From NCBI GenBank assembly GCA_964651335.1, contig CAZYVT010000014.1, positions 365-64,364 of the forward strand: DNA of 64,000 bases. The letters run 5' to 3'. The stretch is from an uncultured Enterobacteriaceae bacterium. GTDB lineage: Bacteria; Pseudomonadota; Gammaproteobacteria; Burkholderiales; SG8-39. Below, piece after piece: positions 9,001 through 17,639 of the stretch. The notes below the pieces were generated by a model that saw nothing but the letters and a program-made list of their open reading frames with translations, was not told the DNA's origin and did not search any database. A program made the position numbers and the translations under genes. Numbering within the stretch: position 1 is the stretch's first letter; every line of letters starts with the position of its first letter.

Positions 9001-11724
9001 CCGGGCACGTCGCGGCACGATTCCCGCGAGAACGGGGAGCAGCGCCGACAGCGCAATCGTCGACAGGACGAAGCCGGTCCAGACGACGGCAGCGTGCAGC
9101 GGCAGTGCCCATCCCGCCAGCAAGGCGGCGACGCTCGCCGGCGCAGACAGCGACCGCCGCAGGTTATCCAGCATCTTCCAGCGGCCGATCGGCGGCAGCG
9201 CGCTTGCGCGCTCATGATCGCTCGCGCTCCGATCTCCGACGGAGGCGTCGCCGCGGCCGAGAATCCACGGCAGCAATTGCCAGTCGCCGCGCACCCAGCG
9301 GTGCTGGCGTGCGGCGGCGACGTCGTAGCGTGACGGAAACTCCTCGACCAGCTCGATATCGGAAGCGAGGCCGGCGCGGGCGAAGGTCCCCTCGAACAGG
9401 TCGTGACTGAGAAGCGTGTTTTCGCGCACGCGGCCGTCGAGCGCGGCTTCGAAGGCGTCCACGTCGTAGATGCCCTTGCCGGTATAGGAGCCTTCGCCGA
9501 AGAGATCCTGGTACACGTCCGAGACGGCGGAGGCGTAAGGATCGATGCCGCTGGTGCTGGAGAAGATGCGCTGGAACAGCGACCCCTCGCGACCGATCGG
9601 CAGCGAAGGCGTTACGCGCGGCTGCAGCACGCCATATCCTTCGACGACGCGCCGGGTGCCGGGATCGAAGCGCGGATGATTGAGCGGGTGCGCCACTTTG
9701 CCGACCAGCCGGCGCGCCGTTTCCCGCGGCATCCGGGTATCGGCGTCGAGCGTGATGACGTACCGGACACCGGCAGGCAGTGCGCCGACACTTACGAAGG
9801 TCGTATCGGTTGCGCCGCGCAGCAGACGGTTCAACTCGTGAAGCTTGCCGCGCTTGCGTTCCCACCCGATCCACCGCTTCTGCCTTTCGTTCCAGACCCG
9901 CCGGCGGTGGAGCAGGAGAAAGCGCTCACCCGCGGCAGCGGGTCCATAGCGGCGATTCAGGCGGGCAATCCCTGCGGCGGCCGCCTCGAGGAGCGCATCA
10001 TCTCCTGCAACGGTCTCGGTCGCGGCGTCCGTCCAGTCCGAGAGCAGTGCGAAATAAAGCTCGCCATCCGGACTTGCAAGGTGGTGGATCTCCAGACGCT
10101 CGATTTGTTCTTCCAGCGCGGCCTGCGTCGTGAGAAGGATCGGAACGGCGACCATCGTGCGCAGGTGCGAAGGGACGCCGTCGCGCAACTCCAGGCCCGG
10201 CAGGATCGTCGCACCGACCTCTCTCGTGACGCTGCGGTTCACGAGCGCCATCGCCGCATCGATCGACGGAATCAGCCCGAGCAGCGCAAGAAGAGCGAGC
10301 CACCAGCCTTCGACCCCCCTCACCGCCAGTGCAAACAGCGGCAAAGAGAGAAGGATTGCAGCGACCATGATGACGCTGCCGATATAGCCGCCGATGCCGA
10401 TCGTGACGTTGAAACGACGCAGCCAGCTGCGTATGGGGGCGCGAAATCCGACCGTCGCCTCGAACGCGCGGCGCCCCCCGGCGATCAGGTGGTAGCCAGG
10501 ATCCCGCTCGCGGCCATCAGGATCCCGCTCGCGGCCATCAGGATCCCGCTCGCGGCCATCAGGATCCCGCTCGCGGGATGGAGGATCGCGCTCGCGGCAA
10601 TCCGAACCGCTTGCGGCCAGAAGAGCCGCTTGCGCAATCTCTATTTCCGTCAGTTTCGAGCCCCGCGCCAGCTCCTCGATCGCGCTGCGGTAGAGGTTGC
10701 GCGTCGGGAAATCCATGCTCGCGAAGTCGCTGCCGATCCGCAACGTGTCGTCGATAAGACTGACGCTCTCGACGAGCTCCGCCCAGTCGAAGTCGGAGAT
10801 CAGCCGCATGCTCGTGATGATGTTGCGGACCGTCACGTTCGTCGCACCCTGTCTTTGGTGCTGGTCGCGCACGATCTCGTCGGCGGTCGTTCCCTGTGCC
10901 GCCAGGCGCTCGTCGAGCCACATCAGCGCCCGGGTGACCTTCGGATCCTGGTCCCGCAGCCGTTGCACGAGCTGGACGGCGAAGGCTCCCGGCAAGGGTG
11001 CCCGTTCGTAATGCTGAAAGACCGGGCGGAACGATTCGGCCGGGTGCCCGGTCAGTCCCAGCAGCCGGTCGGCCAGCGCGTCCGCTTCCTGGCGCGCGGC
11101 CCGGCTGGTCACGATGCGCCGGGCCCCGCGTCGAAGATTCTCCACCAGAACGATCCGCAGCGTGATCGCGACCGCCCATAACTCTCCGATCGTCAGCGGC
11201 TGAACGCGCTGGTAGGCGCGCACGAACCGGCGCAGCATCTCGGGGTCGAAGCGGCTGTCGGTATGAGCTACAAAGGCCCAGGCCACGCCGAGGACGCGCG
11301 GATAGCCGGCGAAAGGCCCGGTGGCCAGCTTCGGCAATTGCCGATAGTAGCCAGGTGGCAGATCGTCGCGGATTTCGCGGATCTGCTCTTCGACGAGATG
11401 GTAGTTGTCGAGCAGCCACTCGGCGGCCGGTGTAATGGCGCGGGCCTCGCCGACCGCAGTTGCGATGGCGCGATACGCTTTGAGCAGAACCGATTCGTTG
11501 TCCCTCAGTCGAGCGGCGAGAGACCGTCCGGTCGTCGGCCGCGCGGTGATGGATTGGGCCGCTGCGAGGCTCTCGGCATGCTGCTCGAGACGCTCGATAC
11601 TGAAGAGCTCCTCGCGGATGGACTCTTCGTGATCCCATGGTGCAGCCTGCGACGCGCGCCCGAAGGCGCGAAAAACTGCCGATCTCAATGTGGCCTTTCC
11701 GGGTAACGACCACGGCTTCCCCAA
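3046..11724 (-). CDS. ndvB: Cyclic beta-1,2-glucan synthase (NdvB/ChvB/Cgs type: N-terminal membrane glycosyltransferase region plus C-terminal GH94 glycoside-phosphorylase region)
   Basis: Single 2892-aa ORF of the size characteristic of this family. It has several TM segments in the N-terminal third, a central glycosyltransferase region (VITLDADTRMP ... QHRWVRGDWQ), and a long C-terminal region like cellobiose/chitobiose phosphorylases. Confidence 0.9.
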   Translation of the reverse strand: MGKPWSLPGKATLRSAVFRAFGRASQAAPWDHEESIREELFSIERLEQHAESLAAAQSITARPTTGRSLAARLRDNESVLLKAYRAIATAVGEARAITPAAEWLLDNYHLVEEQIREIRDDLPPGYYRQLPKLATGPFAGYPRVLGVAWAFVAHTDSRFDPEMLRRFVRAYQRVQPLTIGELWAVAITLRIVLVENLRRGARRIVTSRAARQEADALADRLLGLTGHPAESFRPVFQHYERAPLPGAFAVQLVQRLRDQDPKVTRALMWLDERLAAQGTTADEIVRDQHQRQGATNVTVRNIITSMRLISDFDWAELVESVSLIDDTLRIGSDFASMDFPTRNLYRSAIEELARGSKLTEIEIAQAALLAASGSDCRERDPPSRERDPDGRERDPDGRERDPDGRERDPGYHLIAGGRRAFEATVGFRAPIRSWLRRFNVTIGIGGYIGSVIMVAAILLSLPLFALAVRGVEGWWLALLALLGLIPSIDAAMALVNRSVTREVGATILPGLELRDGVPSHLRTMVAVPILLTTQAALEEQIERLEIHHLASPDGELYFALLSDWTDAATETVAGDDALLEAAAAGIARLNRRYGPAAAGERFLLLHRRRVWNERQKRWIGWERKRGKLHELNRLLRGATDTTFVSVGALPAGVRYVITLDADTRMPRETARRLVGKVAHPLNHPRFDPGTRRVVEGYGVLQPRVTPSLPIGREGSLFQRIFSSTSGIDPYASAVSDVYQDLFGEGSYTGKGIYDVDAFEAALDGRVRENTLLSHDLFEGTFARAGLASDIELVEEFPSRYDVAAARQHRWVRGDWQLLPWILGRGDASVGDRSASDHERASALPPIGRWKMLDNLRRSLSAPASVAALLAGWALPLHAAVVWTGFVLSTIALSALLPVLAGIVPRRARITARSHLRALAADVGLALSQSALLVVFLAHQAWLMADAIGRTLFRLSLSHRHLLDWVTAAQAKVSPRLDLPGFYRQMNGGVAIGIVTAIVVWWVRSDAWPVAAPFVLAWIASPAIARWTSLSPLVAGRLSLSDADARALRLVARRTWRFFETFVTAEDHMLPPDNFQEDPKPVVAHRTSPTNLGLYLLSAVSARDFGWAGTTETVDRLEATFATMGRLQRFRGHFYNWYDTRDLRPLDPQYISSVDSGNLAGHLIALAIACREWIRRPQAGPELFAGIEDGLDLTRETLQGLPDDRRTQTITRQQLGDALDALAAALREDPLPEHHRSPKDVAARLAQATPQATTMVDIARTLASERGDDAGAEMLFWAEATQASIESHRRDVTQTADAARSLERRLGTLETTARAMANAMEFGFLLDPDRKLLAIGYRVAEGSLDPSCYDLLASEARLASFVAIAKGDVPPQHWFRLGRAVTPVGRGAALISWSGSIFEYLMPSLVMRAPAGSLIEETSRLVVRRQMAYGAALGVPWGISESAYNVRDLELTYQYSNFGVPGLGFKRGLGENAVVAPYATALAAMVDPGAAARNYARFAALGAHGRYGFYEALDYTRTRLPEGKEVTIVRAFMAHHQGMTVVAIANGLLDGKMRARFHAEPIVQATELLLHERTPRDVAVAHPRAEEVETASTVRDLELPAVRRFRSAHHVTPEAHLLSNGRYAVMLTGAGSGYSRWGELGITRWREDVTRDDWGAYVFLRDVESGEVWSAGYQPSGIEPDSYDVTFTEDRAEFIRRDGTITTILDVVVSPEDNAEVRRVSVANAGNRARDIELTSYAELVLAPPAADTAHPAFSKLFVQTEYLARIGAILATRRRRSPTEPEIWAAHLAFVEGEAVGEPEIETDRARFLGRGREVRAPIAVMDGRPLSNTVGTVLDPVFALRRRVRVPPGRVVRIAFWTVVASSRGDVLDLADKHHDATAFDRAATLAWTQAQVQLSHLGVDPDQASLFQRLAGAVLYADPSMRPSSDAIRRGGGGPTALWAQRISGDLPIVLVRIDNIEDIAIVRQLLRAHEYWRMKQLAVDLVILNERASSYIQDLQIALETLARTSQSRPQIGADVARGSVFVLRADLISAETRALLLSMARAVHAGRRGTLSEQLNRLEEADTAAALPPRRVPPADVPQTVPAPPNLEFFNGLGGFAADGREYVTILGAGRSIPAPWINVIANPSFGFQVAVEGSGYTWSLGSRENQLTPWSNDPVTDRPGEVLYLRDEESGELWGPTASPIRDEAAPYIARHGQGYSRFEHAAHGVALDLLQYVPLDDPIKISRLTIRNTSERPRRLSVTAYVEWVLGPSRGASAFSVVTEIDPETGAMFARNPWNMTFGSRVAFADLGGRQSAWTGDRREFLGRNGALDNPAALAGETPLLQRVGAGLDPCCALQTPVDLEPDGTVEIVFFLGEAATAADAQSLIARYRAADLDAVLREVVAYWDDLLGTLQVKTPDRSMDIMLNRWMLYQTLACRLWARSAFYQASGGYGFRDQLQDGTALALSRPEMTRAHLLRAAARQFVEGDVQHWWLPPSGQGVRTGITDDRIWLAYAAAHYVETTGDLAVLDEPVPFLEGQALRPGEHDSYFQPVPADETASLFEHCARGLDESLGVGEHGLPLIGTGDWNDGMNRVGERGKGESVWLGWFLHATLSAFAPLASARGEEAHAAKWRSHAARLQTSLERDGWDGEWYRRGYYDDGTPLGSYTSDECRIDSIAQSWSVLSGAADPARALRAMAAVDEQLIRGDEGLALLFAPPFDRTPLDPGYIKGYPPGIRENGGQYTHAAAWSVIAFAALGQGDKAARLFSLLNPINRTSTRADVQRYKVEPYAVAADVYSVAPHLGRGGWTWYTGSAGWLYRAGIEAILGVRREGAFLLLAPCIPKAWPGFEIVFRFRSARYEIAVENPRGVSRGVSWAELDGKALPEGPVRVPLVDDGGTHRVSVILG
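10501..10605 (-). repeat. In-frame 21-bp tandem repeat inside ndvB (3 identical plus 2 degenerate units; encodes RERDPDG repeats)
   Basis: Plus-strand unit atcccgctcgcggccatcagg occupies 10501-10521, 10522-10542 and 10543-10563. Degenerate units follow at 10564-10584 and 10585-10605. The protein reads CRERDPPSRERDPDGRERDPDGRERDPDGRERDPGY. Confidence 0.95.
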
Positions 11725-11794
11725 CGACCAGGTCTGGTTAAACTGGCGGCAACGGTTCCCGTTCCTTGGACAATACTCCCCTTACGAGTCTGCG

Positions 11795-12673
11795 ATGAGT
11801 ACTATTCTAGAAGTACGTCACAGGACCACGTATTCCTATGCGTCGCCCGTGACCTTTGGCGAGCACCGGCTGATGTTTCGACCCATTTCCGGCCATGATC
11901 TGCGGGTGATCGATTGGGATCTGACCACCAACGTTCCGTGGGTCGCGCACTGGATTCAGGATACGTTCTCCAACTCGGTGGCTGTGGTGAATTTTCGCGA
12001 GCCGGCCGCCGAACTCGCCTTTGATTGCCGATTCTCGGTCGAACATTACGGGGTGCGGAATCCAGAGCTGCCTCTGGAGCGCAGGGCGGAGAGACTCCCG
12101 CTCGAACTGACCCCTGACGAGTGGATCGACCTGAACGGCTTCCTGCGGCCGCATTCCCGGGATGCCATCGGCAGTGTCGCCGAGTGGGCGAGGGAAATGC
12201 TGCTCGCCGGCAACCACGAAACTCGTCCGGTCCTGCAGCACATGATGGATTACATGCGCGAACAGTTCGCCTATCAGGCCCGCGACGTGGAGGGGACGCA
12301 GGAGGCGCATGAAACGCTCCGCCTGCGGTCAGGAACCTGCCGGGACTATGCATGGCTGATGATCGAGGCCGTTCGCTGCCTGGGGCTCGCCGCCCGATTC
12401 GTCTCCGGGTATTACTACGATCCGATGCTGGACGGGGGCGGTGGAGCGCTGGTGGGGAGCGGTGCAACACACGCCTGGATGAACGTCTATCTTCCTGGCG
12501 CCGGCTGGGTATCCTACGACCCGACCAACCGGTTGACGGAAGGACAGGAGCTGATCCGGGTTGCAATTGCCCGCCATCCGGCGCAGGCGGCCCCGCTGTC
12601 CGGGAGTTGGGTGGGGAAACCCGCCGACTACCGCGGGCTCGACGTCAAAGTGGATGTGCGCAGAATTGCTTAG
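11795..12673 (+). CDS. Transglutaminase-family protein (Bact_transglu_N plus transglutaminase core)
   Basis: [19 protein letters not shown] is the typical N-terminus. The catalytic Cys context is GTCRDYAWL, followed by [21 protein letters not shown]. Start chosen at the internal ATG 11795 of ORF 11690..12673. The gene is divergent from ndvB. Confidence 0.85.
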   Translation: MSTILEVRHRTTYSYASPVTFGEHRLMFRPISGHDLRVIDWDLTTNVPWVAHWIQDTFSNSVAVVNFREPAAELAFDCRFSVEHYGVRNPELPLERRAERLPLELTPDEWIDLNGFLRPHSRDAIGSVAEWAREMLLAGNHETRPVLQHMMDYMREQFAYQARDVEGTQEAHETLRLRSGTCRDYAWLMIEAVRCLGLAARFVSGYYYDPMLDGGGGALVGSGATHAWMNVYLPGAGWVSYDPTNRLTEGQELIRVAIARHPAQAAPLSGSWVGKPADYRGLDVKVDVRRIA

Positions 12674-12875
12674 CGCTCGCTGCGCGTGGTTCCTGGATTA
12701 CGAAAGTTCGCGCAATTCCTACACCTGCGGCTGCATTGCGCCCATAATGCGGGGGTCGAATTCGCTCTGGGTCCGTTTGCAGTTTCTTTCCGGCTGGCAT
12801 TTTCGGTCCTCTCCCATCGGTAATTTGATGCCTCGCATACTCTCGCGCGGGGCAACGCCAGACCTGGAGGACATC

Positions 12876-13082
12876 ATGTCTACCGGCACCGTGAAATTCT
12901 TCAACAGCACCAAAGGCTTCGGCTTCATTCAATCCGATGACGGATCGAAGGACGTGTTCGTGCACATTTCCGCGGTCGAGCGCTCCGGCCTCGGCACGCT
13001 GACCGAGAACCAGAAAATCTCGTTCGACCTGGAGCGGGGCACCAACGGCAAGACGTCCGCGACCAATCTGAAAGCCGTCTGA
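12876..13082 (+). CDS. cspA: Cold-shock protein (CspA family, 68 aa)
   Basis: [34 protein letters not shown] contains the RNP1/RNP2 motifs (KGFGFI, VFVHIS). A GGAGGA Shine-Dalgarno lies upstream. About 200 nt of upstream non-coding DNA fits the long csp 5' UTRs. Confidence 0.95.
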   Translation: MSTGTVKFFNSTKGFGFIQSDDGSKDVFVHISAVERSGLGTLTENQKISFDLERGTNGKTSATNLKAV

Positions 13083-13287
13083 CGCCCCGCGGCGGGACGG
13101 CCGCCGCCGAAGGCGGGCTGCAGGCTTGGTAAACCCTGCCTGCGCCAGATGACATTTCCAAGCCCGCGGGTTACGGCATCACCCGCGGGAAGACGTCACT
13201 CGATCAGGTCGTCAGCCCGCAGCAGGAGTCCCTGCGGGATCGCGAGGCCAAGCGTCTTCGCGGTCTTCTCACGAACAGGACTTACCC

Positions 13288-14226
13288 ATGGATGCCGCGC
13301 GCGTCCGAGCGATTCACGTCATCGATTCTCATACCGGTGGCGAGCCGACCCGCGTCGTCGTGGAAGGGGGGCCGCCGCTCGGCTCCGGAACGCTCCCGGA
13401 ACTGCGCGACCGGTTCCGCGCTGAATTCGACCAATTTCGTTCAGCCGTCGTGAATGAACCGCGAGGCTCGGACGTTACGGTCGGCGCGCTGCTGGTTGAG
13501 CCATCGGACCGGTCCTGCGTTGCCGGCGTCATCTTTTTCCACAACGTCGGGTACCTGGGAATGTGCGGCCACGGCATGATTGGGGTAGTGGCCACGCTCA
13601 AGCATCTCGGCCGCATCGGGACCGGCGCTCACCGCATCGACACGCCGGTGGGGCCAGTCACCGCCACGCTGCATCCGGATGGACAGGTCTCGATCGAAAA
13701 CGTACCCAGCTTCCGCAAGAGCAAGGCTGCGACAGTGGACGTGCAGGGGGTGGGACGCGTTGCCGGCGATATTGCGTGGGGCGGCAACTGGTTCTGTCTG
13801 GTCGAACAGCACGGCCAGGAACTGACGGTGAACAACGTCGCACAGCTCACCGAGTTCGCGTGGAAGATTCGCCAGGCCGTCAATGCGCAGGGATTCCCGG
13901 AGATTGACCATATCGAGTTGTTCGGTCCTCCCCGCGCCCCAGGGGCCCACGCCCGCAATTTTGTGCTTTGCCCCGGCAAGGCGTATGACCGCTCGCCCTG
14001 CGGAACGGGCACCAGCGCCAAGCTGGCGTGTCTCGCCGCTGACGGCAAGCTTGCCGAGGGCGTGACATGGGTCCAGGAGAGCATCATCGGCAGCACGTTC
14101 GCCGGCAGGTACCGGCGTGATGGCGACAAGATCATTCCCATCATCACCGGACGCGCGTTCGTCACTGGCGAGGCCCGGCTTCTGCTCGATGAGAGCGACC
14201 CTTTCTGCTGGGGAATCCGACGCTAA
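13288..14226 (+). CDS. Proline racemase / 4-hydroxyproline 2-epimerase family enzyme
   Basis: N-terminal HVIDSHTGGEPTRVV. Both catalytic Cys contexts are present (LGMCGHG and DRSPCGTGTSA), i.e. the Cys/Cys epimerase-racemase type. 312 aa. Confidence 0.85.
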   Translation: MDAARVRAIHVIDSHTGGEPTRVVVEGGPPLGSGTLPELRDRFRAEFDQFRSAVVNEPRGSDVTVGALLVEPSDRSCVAGVIFFHNVGYLGMCGHGMIGVVATLKHLGRIGTGAHRIDTPVGPVTATLHPDGQVSIENVPSFRKSKAATVDVQGVGRVAGDIAWGGNWFCLVEQHGQELTVNNVAQLTEFAWKIRQAVNAQGFPEIDHIELFGPPRAPGAHARNFVLCPGKAYDRSPCGTGTSAKLACLAADGKLAEGVTWVQESIIGSTFAGRYRRDGDKIIPIITGRAFVTGEARLLLDESDPFCWGIRR

Positions 14227-14287
14227 CGCCATCGGGAACGACAGACTCAGTTCCATCGACCGAAACTCTAGAAACGGAACCTGCCGC

Positions 14288-15571
14288 ATGCGACATCAAC
14301 CGATCGATCCCCAACTCTTTGCCGAGAACCGTCAGCGCCTGCGGGAGTTGCTGCTCCCCGGTTCGCTGGCCGTTGTCAACGCCAATGACCTTCTGCCGGC
14401 CAACTCCGATGCCGTGCTGCGCATGCAACCCAACTCGGACCTGTTTTACCTGACCGGGATCGAGCAGGAGGAAAGCGTTCTGCTGCTGGCCCCGGATGCG
14501 TTCGATGACAAGCTGCGGGAGGTGCTGTTCCTTCGCGAGCCCAACGAGCGCCTCAAGATCTGGGAGGGGCACAAGCTGTCGAAGGTAGAGGCGACGAGGA
14601 TCTCGGGCATTCAGACCGTCAAGTGGCTATCGGAATGGCCGGCCGAATACCGCTCGCTGATGTGCGAGGTGGAGCATGTCTATCTCAACAGCAATGAGCA
14701 CAAGAGGGCGGTGGTGGAGGTTCAGACCCGGGACGCCCGTTTCATCGCCGACACCCAGGCCGAATTTCCGCTGCACGATTACAAGCGGCTGACGCGCCTG
14801 ATGCACCAGCTTCGGGCGTCCAAGAGCGAGCGAGAGCTGCAACTGGTTCGACAGGCCGTTGCCATCACCGGCAAGGGATTCCGGCGGGCCGCAAGGTTCG
14901 TCAAGCCGGGCGTGGCGGAGTACGAAATTGAAGCGGTTTACGCCCACGAGTTCACTCGCCGGCGCGGGAAGTTCGCGTACAGCCCGATCATCGCGTCGGG
15001 GCCCAACGCGTGCGTGCTCCATTACCTGAATAACGACCGGCGGTGCAGGGGCGGCGAGTTGCTCCTGCTGGACGTCGCAGCCTCTTACGCCAATTACAAC
15101 GCGGACCTCACCCGAACCATCCCGGTCGGCGGCCGATACAGCCGCCGCCAGAAGCGGGTCTACAACGCCGTTCTTCGCGTGATGAAAGCGTCGATCAAGG
15201 GCGCGGTGGTCGGCAAGCTGCACCGCGACTGGCAGAAGGAAGCCCAGGCGATGATGAATGACGAGTTGCTTTCGCTGGGGCTGATCAAGCGGGCGGAGAT
15301 CAGGAAGCAGGCCGCCGACGAGCCGGCCTGCCGGAAATACTTCATGCACGGGCTGGGCCATCTGCTCGGACTCGATGTGCATGACGTGGGATTCATGAAC
15401 CAGCCATTCGCGCCCGGATGGGTGCTCACCGTCGAGCCGGGGATCTACATCGCCGATGAAGGCTTCGGCGTCCGCATCGAGAACAACATTGTCGTCACGG
15501 AGGACGGCCCGGTCGATCTCACGGCGGGCATTCCGGTCGAAGCGGACGAAATCGAAGACCTGATGGCTTGA
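14288..15571 (+). CDS. Xaa-Pro aminopeptidase (M24B, aminopeptidase P family)
   Basis: Pita-bread metal-ligand contexts are present: LLLDVAASYANYNADLTRT, HGLGHLLGLDVHD, LTVEPGIY, VRIENNIVV. Start moved to MRHQPIDPQLF (14288), which lies after the stop of the upstream gene. Confidence 0.85.
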   Translation: MRHQPIDPQLFAENRQRLRELLLPGSLAVVNANDLLPANSDAVLRMQPNSDLFYLTGIEQEESVLLLAPDAFDDKLREVLFLREPNERLKIWEGHKLSKVEATRISGIQTVKWLSEWPAEYRSLMCEVEHVYLNSNEHKRAVVEVQTRDARFIADTQAEFPLHDYKRLTRLMHQLRASKSERELQLVRQAVAITGKGFRRAARFVKPGVAEYEIEAVYAHEFTRRRGKFAYSPIIASGPNACVLHYLNNDRRCRGGELLLLDVAASYANYNADLTRTIPVGGRYSRRQKRVYNAVLRVMKASIKGAVVGKLHRDWQKEAQAMMNDELLSLGLIKRAEIRKQAADEPACRKYFMHGLGHLLGLDVHDVGFMNQPFAPGWVLTVEPGIYIADEGFGVRIENNIVVTEDGPVDLTAGIPVEADEIEDLMA

Positions 15572-15586
15572 CGTCCGCGAGCAGCC

Positions 15587-16282
15587 ATGAACGACATGCG
15601 CCGTTGGACCGCGGTCGTCGTCTACGCGACCGCCATGGCGCTGCTCGAATCGGCGGCGGTCACGTATCTGCGAAACCTCCTGGGCCGCATCGATCCGTAC
15701 CAGCCCGCGCCACTGCCCGTCGCGGTGGCGCTGATGTACACGGAAATAGCGCGCGAGACGGCGACGCTGGTGATGCTGGCCGCGGTGGCATGGCTGGCCG
15801 GGCGCAGTGGGCGGGGCCGCCTGGGCTACTTTCTGGTCGTCTTCGGCGTTTGGGATATTTTCTACTACGTCTTCCTGGTGCCCTTGAGCGGCTGGCCTCG
15901 CTCTCTGCTGGACTGGGACATCCTGTTCCTGATCCCTCTGCCCTGGTGGGGACCGGTGCTGGCGCCGGTCAGCATCGCCGCGCTGATGATCGCGGGTGGT
16001 ACCCTGATCAGCCAGTTCGGGCACGGGGAGGGGGCGCTGTGGCCTGGACGCGTGTCGTGGGGGCTGAGCTTGAGCGGCGCGCTGCTTGCGCTCTACGTCT
16101 TCATGGCCGATGCCCTGCATGCACCGGACTGGAGCGAAGCGACGCTGCGGAATATCCTGCCGATCGAATTCAACTGGCCGCTGTTCGCAATTGCGCTGGC
16201 ACTGATGAGCGTGCCCATCCTCGACATGTTGCGGCGGCACTCCGCGAACATTGGATCGGACTCGGCGGGTGGGTCCCGCTGA
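15587..16282 (+). CDS. Integral membrane protein of unknown function
   Basis: 231-aa ORF starting 16 nt after the aminopeptidase. It has about 6 hydrophobic helices (e.g. LGYFLVVFGVWDIFYYVFLV). No family recognised. Confidence 0.5.
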   Translation: MNDMRRWTAVVVYATAMALLESAAVTYLRNLLGRIDPYQPAPLPVAVALMYTEIARETATLVMLAAVAWLAGRSGRGRLGYFLVVFGVWDIFYYVFLVPLSGWPRSLLDWDILFLIPLPWWGPVLAPVSIAALMIAGGTLISQFGHGEGALWPGRVSWGLSLSGALLALYVFMADALHAPDWSEATLRNILPIEFNWPLFAIALALMSVPILDMLRRHSANIGSDSAGGSR

Positions 16283-16301
16283 GGGCTGCGGAGAATCCGG
16301 T

Positions 16302-16961
16302 TCACCACAGCGGTCTGCTCAGGTGTTCCGTGAACTCCGAGAACATGACGTTGAAGCTGATGCTGATCCGCTCCTCGCCGCTGCGGTTCGCATCGACCGA
16401 ATGCTGCAGCCAGGCGGGGAACAGGAGCAGGGTCCCGTTCGCCACGCGCACCACCACCTGATCGGTATTCTCGGTGCTGAGTTCCGTCACCGGCGGCCGC
16501 AGGATGGCGGTCTGCACCCGTGGATCGTGGAAATTGATCGTATCTGCGCCCGCCCCGGAGCGCAGGTAGTAAGCGCCGCTCAGGAAGTTGTTGGGATGGC
16601 TGTGGGCGCGATGCGCCGCGCCCGCGGCGAGAACATTCGCCCAGCAACCGGTGATCTCCAGCGCGTCGTACCCGATGCGCAGGAAGCGGAGCACGCTCAA
16701 GGCGGCGTCCTCCACGCAGGACACAAGATCCTTCAACGCGTCCAGCTGGTGCAGGTTCTGCTCCGACTGCCACCCCTCGCCCCGTGAAAGCGGAGGCAGC
16801 GCCCGCCTGATTGCGGCAAGCGAATTCAGGATCCCTGCATCCATCGCTTGCCGGAGTTCCGGCTTGAGCTGGAACTTCCACACCAGGGTCGGAAACATCG
16901 GCACTACGTCCGAAGCTTCGAGCCAGCGCTGCGCTCTGCCCGATCTGCTGTTCTGGTGCAT
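16302..16961 (-). CDS. TIGR02466 / 2OG-Fe(II) oxygenase-like protein (PF13759-like)
   Basis: MFPTLVWKF... near the N-terminus, HSHPNNFLSGAYYL (His-x-His metal motif), and GTLLLFPAWLQHSV...ERISISFN at the C-terminus. Start is uncertain (ATG 16961, or ATG 16898 at MFPTL). The longer track ORF overlaps the upstream methyltransferase. Confidence 0.7.
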   Translation of the reverse strand: MHQNSRSGRAQRWLEASDVVPMFPTLVWKFQLKPELRQAMDAGILNSLAAIRRALPPLSRGEGWQSEQNLHQLDALKDLVSCVEDAALSVLRFLRIGYDALEITGCWANVLAAGAAHRAHSHPNNFLSGAYYLRSGAGADTINFHDPRVQTAILRPPVTELSTENTDQVVVRVANGTLLLFPAWLQHSVDANRSGEERISISFNVMFSEFTEHLSRPLW

Positions 16962-16989
16962 CTGAGGAAAAGGCAACTTCGTTACGACC

Positions 16990-17628
16990 TCATTCACGCT
17001 GCACGGGAACTCGCCACACGCTCGCCAGCCAGGGCTGCTGTTCGCGCGGCAGGCCGGACGGGCGGTAATAGTGCACGAGTTCAAAATACCCCGCAGCCGA
17101 CAGGTAACGGCGCCAGGTGTCCAGGTCATGGTACGCGCCGTAGCGTCCGCGGTTCCAACCTTCCTCGTTGTGGCCGTGTGGGTTCGAACTGAACAGCACG
17201 CCACCCGGTTTCAGGCTCGCATGCAGTTCCAGCAACACGCGCGGCAACTCCTGGCTGGGTACATGAAACAGCGCGGCGTTGGCGAATACGCCGTCGAAAT
17301 GGCGATCCGGCAGTTCCAGCTTGAGGAAGTCCTGCTGCCACACTTCGCAGCCGCTGTGCGCGCGCGCCATAGCAGCCAGCCGCGCGGCGCCTTCCAGTCC
17401 TACCGCGATATGACCGAGACCGGCAAACGCCTTGAGGTCGCGCCCGGGCCCGCAGCCGAAGTCGAGGATCGTGAAAGGAGGCTCGCCTTCGATGTGCTGC
17501 AACAGCGCCGCGATGTTCTGGCTGACGTCATGGTTGCGCGTGCCTTCCCAGAAATCCCCGGCACGCTGGTTATAGTGTTCCAGTGTGCGCTCGACGAGCC
17601 CTTCGAGATCATGCGAACCCGGTTTCAT
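16990..17628 (-). CDS. Class I SAM-dependent methyltransferase
   Basis: Motif I ILDFGCGPGRDL, an acidic post-I residue, and motif LKPGGVLF. 212 aa. Confidence 0.8.
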   Translation of the reverse strand: MKPGSHDLEGLVERTLEHYNQRAGDFWEGTRNHDVSQNIAALLQHIEGEPPFTILDFGCGPGRDLKAFAGLGHIAVGLEGAARLAAMARAHSGCEVWQQDFLKLELPDRHFDGVFANAALFHVPSQELPRVLLELHASLKPGGVLFSSNPHGHNEEGWNRGRYGAYHDLDTWRRYLSAAGYFELVHYYRPSGLPREQQPWLASVWRVPVQRE

Positions 17629-17639
17629 GTGCGCAGGAT

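Noticed and set aside
10501-10605. Could the 21-bp repeats be a CRISPR array?
   Set aside because: The units are directly abutting with no spacers, lie in frame inside a large CDS, and only three are identical. This is a coding tandem repeat.
12561-12875. Long N-terminal extension of cspA (ORF 12561..13082, 173 aa)
   Set aside because: The CspA family is about 70 aa. A strong GGAGGA Shine-Dalgarno precedes the internal ATG 12876. The upstream part overlaps the transglutaminase gene end and is better explained as a long csp 5' UTR.
13083-13287. Structured element or terminator after cspA (paired CCCGCGGG palindromes, GC-rich stems)
   Set aside because: Short self-complementary GC strings are frequent in this composition. 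There is no U-tract and no recognisable riboswitch or sRNA signature, so I could not support a call.
17160-17190. tRNA-like GGTTCGAA string
   Set aside because: It lies inside the methyltransferase coding frame, and no acceptor or anticodon stems can be built around it.
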